DNA from: an uncultured Verrucomicrobiae bacterium
Lineage (GTDB): Bacteria; Verrucomicrobiota; Verrucomicrobiia; Limisphaerales; UBA11358
DNA length: 64,000 bases
Direction of reading: 5' to 3'
Assembly: GCA_963830235.1 (NCBI GenBank)
Contig: CAWHLR010000026.1
Span: 4,792-68,791, forward strand
Both the position numbers and the translations under genes were made by a program. Of the stretch, positions 18,477 to 26,404 are shown one piece after another. Numbering within the stretch: the first letter of the stretch is position 1; every line of letters begins with the position of its first letter. Below the pieces are notes generated by a model that was given only the letters and a program-made list of their open reading frames with translations, ran no database searches and had not been told where the DNA came from.

Positions 18477-19445
18477 CTATCGGGTCCAGATAACCGGCGC
18501 ATTGACATGATGTTTCTTGACCACAATCCAGCGGCGGAACTGGAAAAATTTCCGGCGCGCACCCACGGGCTGGATTGGCGTGGTGAAAATCCTGTCGAAG
18601 AAATCCAAGAACCGCTCGGTGCTGAAAAACTCATTGGGCTGGTCGTTGTGGAAGACGGGTTGCCGCAGGTATTCCAGGTAGAGTCCCGGATTCTTGTCAA
18701 TTTCGGTGATGCGTTCCACGAGCGCCTCTTCATTCGGAAAATCGAAATAGTTCAAGAAACTTTTGGGATTGAATTCCTCGTTAATCCGCGGACTGCCCCA
18801 GTAGATCGGGATGCAGCGCGCCAGCATCGCCTCATAGATTTTTTCCGTTGTGTAACCGGGAATGGATTTATTCTCGAAGCAGATATTGAACTTATATGGA
18901 CGCAGGAAGTTCTGCTTGGCGACCAGGCCGCCGGGAATGGGGCCACCGATATTGTTCAGTGCCCGTCCGCCCGAATCCACCTGCTTGTAGCGGCTCAAGC
19001 GGAGGAAAAAATCAATTCGCTTTTGGGTATTGCGATGGGTGTTGCCGACGACAAACGCGCAGAATTTTGTTTTACGAGCTAGCACCTGTTCGGGCGATTC
19101 CGACGGTGGCATGGGCCTTCGATGGAGTGGAGGAACGCAGGATAGATCATCGAGATCGGCCCAAGGCACGTAGAGCGGCAATCGCAAATAGCGTGGATCG
19201 TCCAGATAGTGAAACGTGAGTGCGTAGTCGCACTCGCGCCAAGGGGGCAGGGCAGACTCTGCAGTGTAGAAAATCCGCGGACAGGTATAAAGCCGATGTT
19301 GATAGCCGTAGTTGGAAAAAATCAGGAGGTCGGGCTGGTCGGTTATTTCAATGTCATACCTGGTCCGCAGAGTTTTCGTGAAGTAATTTGTTTCCTTGGG
19401 AAATCCGGGCCAGAAATCACAAAAATCAATGCGGATTTTTTTCAT
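18477..19445 (-). CDS. GT10-like alpha-1,3/4-fucosyltransferase
   Basis: MKKIRIDFCDFWPGF...CAFVVGN...YKFNICFENKSIPGYTTEKIYEAMLARCIPIYWG resembles FutA-type motifs. Confidence 0.7.
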   Translation of the reverse strand: MKKIRIDFCDFWPGFPKETNYFTKTLRTRYDIEITDQPDLLIFSNYGYQHRLYTCPRIFYTAESALPPWRECDYALTFHYLDDPRYLRLPLYVPWADLDDLSCVPPLHRRPMPPSESPEQVLARKTKFCAFVVGNTHRNTQKRIDFFLRLSRYKQVDSGGRALNNIGGPIPGGLVAKQNFLRPYKFNICFENKSIPGYTTEKIYEAMLARCIPIYWGSPRINEEFNPKSFLNYFDFPNEEALVERITEIDKNPGLYLEYLRQPVFHNDQPNEFFSTERFLDFFDRIFTTPIQPVGARRKFFQFRRWIVVKKHHVNAPVIWTR

Positions 19446-19570
19446 GCTCAACGGGTTCAATCTTATAAACTGGAGGCCGCTGAAAGCCACACAATAATTT
19501 GGATGTCCGTGCCGAACATTTCAATGAGACTTTGACTTGCTTTGGGCGTCCGTGTCAAGCTGACGCCGGT

Positions 19571-20332
19571 ATGCCGACAGCACAACCGGTCAGCCTTTAC
19601 ATCATTACGTTCAACGACGCCGACAATCTGCGCGCCGTGTTGCCGACGGTTTCGTGGGCGGACGAGGTGGTGGTGGCGGACTCGTTCAGCACGGACGACA
19701 CGGCGGCGGTCTGCGCGCAGTTCGGCGCGCGGCACGTGAACATCAAATTCGAGGGCTTCGGCAAATTGCGCAACGATGCGCTCGCGCTGCTCAAGCACAA
19801 CTGGGTCGTGAGCATTGATTCGGACGAGCGCAGCACGCCGGAATTTGCCGACGAGGTCCGCCGCACGCTCGCCGCGCCGCAGCACGCGGCGTATTTCGTC
19901 CCGCGGCGCAACACCTTTCTGGGGCATCCGATGCGATTCAGCGGCATGTATCCCGACTACCGCCAGCCGCAGGTTTTCGACCGGCGGAAATTCAAATACC
20001 GCGAAGACGCCGTGCATGAAGGTTTTGAATGCTCCGGCAGCACCGGCTATTTCAAAAATTTCATCTGGCAGCATCCGTGGCCGACGCTGGCGGTGATTTT
20101 TGCCAAGGGCGAACGCTATTCCACCCTCGTGGCGCAACGCCGGTTTGAACAGGGCCGGCGCGCCGGATTTGCCCAGCTGCTTTTCAATCCGCCCGCCGCG
20201 TTCGTGAAAAAATTCATCTTCGAGCAGGGCTTCCGCGACGGCACGTACGGCCTGGTGATCTCCCTGCAGCACGCCTGCTACACATTTCAAAAATACGCCA
20301 AACTTTGGGAGCTTGGCCGGAAACGCCAATGA
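19571..20332 (+). CDS. glycosyltransferase family 2
   Basis: VSLYIITFNDADNLRAVLPTVSWADEVVVADSFSTDDT. Confidence 0.8.
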   Translation: MPTAQPVSLYIITFNDADNLRAVLPTVSWADEVVVADSFSTDDTAAVCAQFGARHVNIKFEGFGKLRNDALALLKHNWVVSIDSDERSTPEFADEVRRTLAAPQHAAYFVPRRNTFLGHPMRFSGMYPDYRQPQVFDRRKFKYREDAVHEGFECSGSTGYFKNFIWQHPWPTLAVIFAKGERYSTLVAQRRFEQGRRAGFAQLLFNPPAAFVKKFIFEQGFRDGTYGLVISLQHACYTFQKYAKLWELGRKRQ

Positions 20333-21135
20333 AGCCCGCCGTTTCAGTTTCGCTGGTCATCAGCACGTTTAACCAACCGCGCGTGTTGGCAAAAGCGCTG
20401 GACAGTCTGCCGTTGCAAACGCGCCCGCCGGAGGAAATTTTGATTTCCGACGACGGCTCCGACGAACCCACGCGCGACCTCGTCAGAAAATTTTCCGAAC
20501 GTTCGTCCGTGCCGGTCAAACACATCTGGCATCCGCACGACGGCTTCCGCAAAACCGTCATCCTGAACCAAACCGTCCTCGCGGCCGGCGGCAATTATCT
20601 GGTTTTCACCGATGGCGATTGCGTGCCGCATCCGAAATTTGTCGCCGATCACGCGGCCCTGGCCGAGGCGGGCTGCTGGGTGCAGGGCCGGCGTTGTTTT
20701 GTCCGCGAAGAATTTGTCGCCGAATTTGAGCCAGGCCGGACTCCGGTATGGCGCTGGATGCTCGCCGGAAAAATCACCGGCGTGGTCAAGGGCTTTCGCT
20801 GGCCGGTTCCAGTCATTCGTCATGACACCAAACAGCGTGGCATCATCGGTTGCAACATGGCGTTCTGGCGCGAGGATATTCTGGCCGTAAACGGCTTCGA
20901 CGAAGATTATACCGGCTGGGGCACGGGCGAAGATTCCGACATCGGCACCCGGCTTTATCATCTGGGCCGCCGGCGCAAATTGGTCCATGGCCGCGCCATC
21001 ACGTTTCATCTGAACCATCCGCCCGTGTCGCGCGAACATCACGCCGCCAGCCTCGCGCGGCTCGCTGAAACCATCGCCAGCCGGAAAATTGCCTGCGTCA
21101 ACGGCCTCAACCGGCATCTGACGGCGGCCCGGTGA
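20329..21135 (+). CDS. glycosyltransferase family 2
   Basis: VSVSLVISTFNQPRVLAKALDSL...ILISDDGSDE...FTDGDC. ATGA overlap with the previous gene. Confidence 0.8.
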   Translation: MKPAVSVSLVISTFNQPRVLAKALDSLPLQTRPPEEILISDDGSDEPTRDLVRKFSERSSVPVKHIWHPHDGFRKTVILNQTVLAAGGNYLVFTDGDCVPHPKFVADHAALAEAGCWVQGRRCFVREEFVAEFEPGRTPVWRWMLAGKITGVVKGFRWPVPVIRHDTKQRGIIGCNMAFWREDILAVNGFDEDYTGWGTGEDSDIGTRLYHLGRRRKLVHGRAITFHLNHPPVSREHHAASLARLAETIASRKIACVNGLNRHLTAAR

Positions 21136-21139
21136 ATAT

Positions 21140-21218
21140 GGAGTGCGCGGACACGTCCGCGCTTTGGTTCGTCGCGACATGTCGCGTCGGGGAAAGCGGC
21201 GACGTGTCGCCGCACTCC
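21140..21218. repeat. REPIN-like triple-hairpin palindrome between convergent genes
   Basis: ggagtgcgcggacacgtccgcgc ... cgcgacatgtcgcg ... gcggcgacgtgtcgccgcactcc. The outer arms ggagtgcg/cgcactcc pair with each other. Confidence 0.8.
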
Positions 21219-21228
21219 AAATCAAAAA

Positions 21229-22104
21229 TTACCGCACGAGCCGGTAATGCTTCTTGCTGAATTGCACGCCGAATATTTTTTCCAGCTTCAGCATGAGGCG
21301 ATGCTTCTTTTCGCGGGAAGTGGGCCGGTGATTCGGGTCGGTTGGAAACAAGCCGCCGGCCGGCGGCAGCCAGTCCTGGACAATTTTCGGGTGCGTGCCG
21401 GTGAAAAGTTTCAACGCCGCCGGGTCAATTTTTGAGTAATCCACCTTCGCCGCCGGCTGGTCGTCCCAGTATTTGTGAACGGCGGCGGACTTCAAATTCA
21501 TCTGCGCCTCGCTCCGCACCCAGCCGTAATGATAAATCGTCGCGCCGGCGCTCGCCGCGCGCGGGTAGCGCGATTTTTTGTGGCCGACAACGACGTTGAA
21601 AAACAGCGCCTCGCTCGACCAGGCGGGAATCGTGTTGCGGATGACGCGGACTTCGCTACGATACCAGCCCGGCGACCAGACCAAAGTGTTCGCGTTGCCG
21701 TAAAAATGCAGGTAGTCGAACGCCAGCGCCTCAACCCGCCCGTCGTCCAGATGTTTTTCCATCGCCGCGCGGATTGTGGGCAGGTCGTTTTCGTGAACCA
21801 CTTCGTCGGCTTCGAGATAAAACGCCCAGTCGCCGGTGCAGTTGAACAAGGCCATGGATTTCTGCTGGCCATAGACAAAACCTTTGACGCTGTAATCGGG
21901 CTGGATTCGTTCGTTCCATTGCGTCGGGAGGATGCGGATTTTGGGATCGCCGATGGCGCGCAGCATTTTATCCGTGTCGTCATCACACGGACCGAGTGCC
22001 ACGACGAATTCATCCACGATTGGCAAAATGGAGCGGATGGATTCAACAAACGGATAGCCGAGCTTCTGCCCGTTGCGCAAAAAAGTGAACCCGCTGACTT
22101 TCAT
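21229..22104 (-). CDS. putative glycosyltransferase (GT-A-like)
   Basis: MKVSGFTFLRNGQKLGYPFVESIRSILPIVDEFVVALGPCDDDT...EADE. Confidence 0.6.
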   Translation of the reverse strand: MKVSGFTFLRNGQKLGYPFVESIRSILPIVDEFVVALGPCDDDTDKMLRAIGDPKIRILPTQWNERIQPDYSVKGFVYGQQKSMALFNCTGDWAFYLEADEVVHENDLPTIRAAMEKHLDDGRVEALAFDYLHFYGNANTLVWSPGWYRSEVRVIRNTIPAWSSEALFFNVVVGHKKSRYPRAASAGATIYHYGWVRSEAQMNLKSAAVHKYWDDQPAAKVDYSKIDPAALKLFTGTHPKIVQDWLPPAGGLFPTDPNHRPTSREKKHRLMLKLEKIFGVQFSKKHYRLVR

Positions 22105-22148
22105 GAGGTGATGATAACCGGCGACAGGGAAGTTGAACAGCCAACAAG

Positions 22149-23083
22149 TCAAACTTTCGTGGCGTGCCGGCGATTCCCCAAAATTGATCCGCGCAATTTT
22201 CGGAACGGCTGCATGATTTTCCGCTGGCACCAAAGAAAGGCATACCGGTCCCGGCCCAGAGCGCCCATCATCTCTTTGAGAGAGCTTTCGGCTTCCGCGC
22301 CGGAATTTTTCCGCAGTTCGTAAATTTGATCAAACAGCGCCTGCTGCCACTTGGATTCCGGCAAACCCAGCCGTTCAAACCAATGCTTGAACAGCGCCAG
22401 ACTTTCCGCTGAAGCCACGCCGCAGCGGCGGTCGGTCTCGCTTTGCTGCGCCCCATGCCGCCGGAAGGCGCTCAACGGCTCCGCCACATACGCAAACCGC
22501 CCCTGCTCCAACAGGTGAAACCACAAATCCAGATCCAGCCAGTGACAGAGTTGCTCATCGTAACCTCGCGCCGCCTGCTCCCGCCGGAACATCACCACCG
22601 ATGGTTCCCCAATCAGGTTCGACAGCCGGTCCAGACACTGCACCATCACCCGCCGCCGTCCACGATCCCCGGTTCAAAATATTCGCGCAACTCAATCACC
22701 CGCGAACCCTCGTCCAAAACCTGCAACATCGAACTGACCAGGGAAACTTCTGGGTGATGATCCAGCACCTCCGCCATTTTTAGGATGGCCAGCGGGGAAA
22801 TCAGTTTGTCGTCCTGCAAAACGTATTTGATGTATTCCCCCTTTGCCGCCCGCAGACAACAGTTGAAATTCCGTGCCAGACCCAGATTGGCCGGATTCTT
22901 CCACCACCGGATGCGGGAATCCCTGGTCGCATAACGTTCCACCAATGCCACCGAGCCATCCGTTGAGGCGTCGTCAGCGATCAGAATTTCCATATCCGCA
23001 AAATCCTGGGCCAGAATGGACTCCAGACACTCCGCCAGGAACGCCTCGCCGTTGCAGACTGGCACCAGAACGCTGACTTTCAT
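22149..23083 (-). pseudogene. glycosyltransferase family 2, frameshifted paralogue of 25035-25973
   Basis: Two ORFs (22646-23083 and 22149-22649) together align with the intact paralogue. One G is missing at about 22651-22657 (cgccgccgtc here, cgccggccgtc in the paralogue). Confidence 0.8.
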
Positions 23084-23108
23084 TCTGCGAGGTTAACGAG
23101 GATGCTTT

Positions 23109-24107
23109 TCATTGGCAGTGCAAAAATCGTTGATCATCCGTGCCGCTCTGCCGCCCGGATGAAAAACTGGCGCCTTGGTTGCGGATAAGCTGAATGGCAT
23201 CCGGATGTTTTGCCCGCATTTGCAGCAGGGGCAGGATTTGGTTAAAAGCCCGATGGCCCCGCCATTTCGCCTGATGGAACCGTTTTTCGCGCCCGAATTT
23301 CCGGATCGAGTCGTAAAAAATGCGGACCCGTTTGTGCAGCGTGAGGCTGGCCGGTGCTGGATTGGGCGAGTTCACCCACTCGAAAAGGAGATTGGAAAAT
23401 TCCATCGCCTCAACCAGTCGCAGCAGGTATGCCTCGCTGAGCCGGTGGGCGGGAATCAAATGCTTCAATTGGAGCGCCGCGAACACGCCCATCTCCAGGC
23501 CAAGGGTTTTTGCGCATCCGGCGAGATCCTTGTCGCCCGCCGAAACCAGACTGCTGCCGACCCGGTCCAACGCCAGTCTTAAGGGAAAAGCATTCACTTG
23601 TTGATAATAATGCCGGGCGACTGGACGGCGGACGCAAAGTCCCGCACCGATGGGCGAGATGCCGATATGATCCCCGGCTACTTCCTTGATGGCCAGCATT
23701 TCCCAGTAACCGCGCGTCCATTCCGGCGGCGGTTGTTCAAACTGCGGATGGACGGCGCCGCTCCACGAGCCGATGTGCGGATGTTTTTCGGCAAGCGCCA
23801 GTGCTTGTTCCAGATAATCCGCGCGGAGAACATTGTCGTCATCCACAAACACGAGCACGTCACCGCTGGTTTCAGCAATGCCACGCAACCGCGCGTGGGT
23901 CAGGCCGAGTTTTTCCTCGCGCACCACGTGCTGATGGGGATGCCAGGCGAGATTCAACCCCGGCGCGAGCGGCATGGTGGAGGCATTATCCACCACCAGA
24001 AGTTCCCACAACGGCTTCGGCAGCGTTTGGGCTTTCAAAGCCCCGATCACCTGAACCAGGAAATCCGGCCGTGGATCATACGTGCAAACTATGACGCTGG
24101 CTTTCAC
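23109..24107 (-). CDS. glycosyltransferase family 2
   Basis: MKASVIVCTYDPRPDFLVQVIGALKAQT...LLVVDNAST...FVDDDN. Confidence 0.8.
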   Translation of the reverse strand: MKASVIVCTYDPRPDFLVQVIGALKAQTLPKPLWELLVVDNASTMPLAPGLNLAWHPHQHVVREEKLGLTHARLRGIAETSGDVLVFVDDDNVLRADYLEQALALAEKHPHIGSWSGAVHPQFEQPPPEWTRGYWEMLAIKEVAGDHIGISPIGAGLCVRRPVARHYYQQVNAFPLRLALDRVGSSLVSAGDKDLAGCAKTLGLEMGVFAALQLKHLIPAHRLSEAYLLRLVEAMEFSNLLFEWVNSPNPAPASLTLHKRVRIFYDSIRKFGREKRFHQAKWRGHRAFNQILPLLQMRAKHPDAIQLIRNQGASFSSGRQSGTDDQRFLHCQ

Positions 24108-24288
24108 CGGGCATTAATCTAAGCGGGATGGCTAGTCTTGCAAATACCGGTTTGGCTTTTTCCTCCTTCACGGGCAATCCACAGCAGACCTTCGATCATT
24201 TTCAGTCACAGTGAATGCTCCAGTTGGCAGGCAAAACGGGGACAACGAATGCCGGAGGATGGCACCGCCTGGAAACCATTGCCGCTGG

Positions 24289-25038
24289 TCAAGGGATGAC
24301 CTTTTCCAGCCGGCTCAATATGTAATTCCTTTTGTCTTGGGCATGTTTAATGCCCGGCTCGAAATTTCCCCAACGATTCTTTTTGTCCACCTCGGACTTT
24401 CTCGCCCGGCGGTCGTCATAGTTTCTGGCTATTTTTTCGATGGGATGGATGTGATGAAAATGCAACAGGTAAGCCGGCGGCTCGGAAAGTTTCGTCGGGT
24501 TGTCCAATCTGGCTCCGGATTTCAGCGTGGCCCGGCATTCATGCGCGCCGGCTGTAAACTCGATGGATTCAATCAATTTCGGACTGAAAATCACCGGCTT
24601 GGCATACCAACGGTCGTCTCTGGCGCCAAATTTGACGACATCATAAATCTGCCCATTGGTGACCGGGTACGTTTCGCTGAACATCTCAAATCCATGCGGC
24701 TTGACCATCGGCAATCCTTGCGCCGAATAGGAATTGAGAGAATCCACCGCGCCCTTGGGGAAATAAATCAGTTCATCGGTGTCAACCACGATAACCCAAT
24801 CAGCATCCGTCCCGCGCCAGGCCTGTTCCTTGATTTGCTTGAGCAACAGGTTGTTGACCTCGTTTTTGCCGTCCACATGGCGAACTTCAATGCCAAATTG
24901 AGCGGCTATGTCCAAAGTGCCGTCCGTGCTGCCCAAATCGTGAAGAATGATACGATGGGCAAAAGTGGCATAGTGGCGGGCGGCGTAAATAAAAATCTCC
25001 GCTCCGTTATAGGCCAAAATGTGGGTTTCGATTTTCAT
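24289..25038 (-). CDS. putative glycosyltransferase (GT-A-like)
   Basis: MKIETHILAYNGAEIF...HDLGSTDGT...VVDTDE. It shares a 4-nt overlap with the upstream gene. Confidence 0.55.
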   Translation of the reverse strand: MKIETHILAYNGAEIFIYAARHYATFAHRIILHDLGSTDGTLDIAAQFGIEVRHVDGKNEVNNLLLKQIKEQAWRGTDADWVIVVDTDELIYFPKGAVDSLNSYSAQGLPMVKPHGFEMFSETYPVTNGQIYDVVKFGARDDRWYAKPVIFSPKLIESIEFTAGAHECRATLKSGARLDNPTKLSEPPAYLLHFHHIHPIEKIARNYDDRRARKSEVDKKNRWGNFEPGIKHAQDKRNYILSRLEKVIP

Positions 25039-25973
25039 TTCTTTTTTGGGCGGTTGTTTGCCAGGCGCAAAGCTTGTCTGCGCAATTCTTGAAACGGCCG
25101 TGTGATTTTCCGGTGCAGCCAAAACAGAACATACCAGCCGGTCCCGAACACCTGTTTCAGCCTCGCGCGCGACGCCTGCGTCCGTGTTCCACGCCGCCGG
25201 CGTGACAAGTAAATCTGCGCGAAGACCGCGCGGCGCGTCATCATCTCCCGCAACCGCGGCCTGGCATAATAATTCGCGAGCAAAATCAAATCTTCGTCTT
25301 CGGTTTCACCGCTCTGGCAGTGGATCTCGCTTTGCTGCGCCCCATGCCGCCGAAAGGCGCTCAACGGCTCCGCCACATACGCAAACCGCCCCTGTTCCAA
25401 CAGGTGAAACCACAAATCCAGATCCAGCAATTGATGGAATTGCTCATCGTAACCTCGCGCCGCCTGCGCCCGCCGGAACATCACCACCGACGGTTCGCCG
25501 ATCAGGTTCGACAGCCGTTCCAGACACTGCACCATCACCCGCCGGCCGTCCTCGATCCCCAATTCAAAATATTCGCGCAACTCAATCACCCGCGAACCCT
25601 CGTCCAAAACCTGCGACATCGAACTGACCAGGGAAACTTCAGGGTGATGGTCCAGCACCTCCGTCATTTTTAGGATTGCCTGCGGGGAAACCAGCTTGTC
25701 GTCCTGCAAAACGTATTTGATGTATTCCCCCTTTGCCGCCCGCAGACAACAGTTGAAATTCCGTGCCAGACCCAGATTGGCCGGATTCTTCCACCACCGG
25801 ATGCGGGAATCCCTGGCCGCGTAACGTTCCACCAATGCCACCGAGCCATCCGTTGAGGCATCGTCGGCGATCAAAATTTCCATGTCCGCAAAATCCTGGG
25901 CCAGAATGGACTCCAGACACTCGGCCAGGAACGCCTCGCCGTTGCAGACTGGCACCAGAACGCTGACTTTCAT
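25035..25973 (-). CDS. glycosyltransferase family 2 (intact paralogue)
   Basis: MKVSVLVPVCNGEAFLAECLESILAQDFADMEILIADDASTDGS. Confidence 0.85.
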   Translation of the reverse strand: MKVSVLVPVCNGEAFLAECLESILAQDFADMEILIADDASTDGSVALVERYAARDSRIRWWKNPANLGLARNFNCCLRAAKGEYIKYVLQDDKLVSPQAILKMTEVLDHHPEVSLVSSMSQVLDEGSRVIELREYFELGIEDGRRVMVQCLERLSNLIGEPSVVMFRRAQAARGYDEQFHQLLDLDLWFHLLEQGRFAYVAEPLSAFRRHGAQQSEIHCQSGETEDEDLILLANYYARPRLREMMTRRAVFAQIYLSRRRRGTRTQASRARLKQVFGTGWYVLFWLHRKITRPFQELRRQALRLANNRPKKK

Positions 25974-26004
25974 ACGCGTACGCGAGGCTAACCCGCACCG
26001 GGCT

Positions 26005-26307
26005 TCAGTCGCCAAACAATTTTTTCAATTGTTCGCGGGCGGCGGCTTCGCGCCGGTTGTCTCCGGCTTTCGGCGTCCAGGCCCGGCGCGCAAATTCAAA
26101 ATACTCGCAGAAATTGCCCAGGTGCTTTTCCATCACCGGCTCGGCCCGCCGTTCGCGGCATTGCTGCGCCACGCGCGGATCGTAATGCGCGCAGTTCAGG
26201 CAGACGCGCAGGTCGGCCCGGCATTTGAAACAGCTTTCGCCGCGTCCGGGCTGGCCGGTCAGCGTCCATTCCTCGCCGCAGTTGTGGCAATGACGGGTCA
26301 AAGACAT
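26005..26307 (-). CDS. zinc-ribbon / Cys-rich small protein
   Basis: CHNCG...CFKC...CLNC...C...FC cysteine pattern in 100 aa. Confidence 0.6.
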   Translation of the reverse strand: MSLTRHCHNCGEEWTLTGQPGRGESCFKCRADLRVCLNCAHYDPRVAQQCRERRAEPVMEKHLGNFCEYFEFARRAWTPKAGDNRREAAAREQLKKLFGD

Positions 26308-26389
26308 TTACGATTTGTGATTTACGATTGACGATGTCACGACACAAAAGATTAACCTCGTAAATCGCCAATCGTAAATCGTAAATTAG
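26305..26389. repeat. heptamer-array hairpin, GATTTAC family
   Basis: catttacgatttgtgatttacgattgacg faces cgtaaatcgccaatcgtaaatcgtaaat. It lies in the divergent intergenic region. Confidence 0.85.
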
Positions 26390-26404
26390 TGCAAACCATC
26401 CGGT

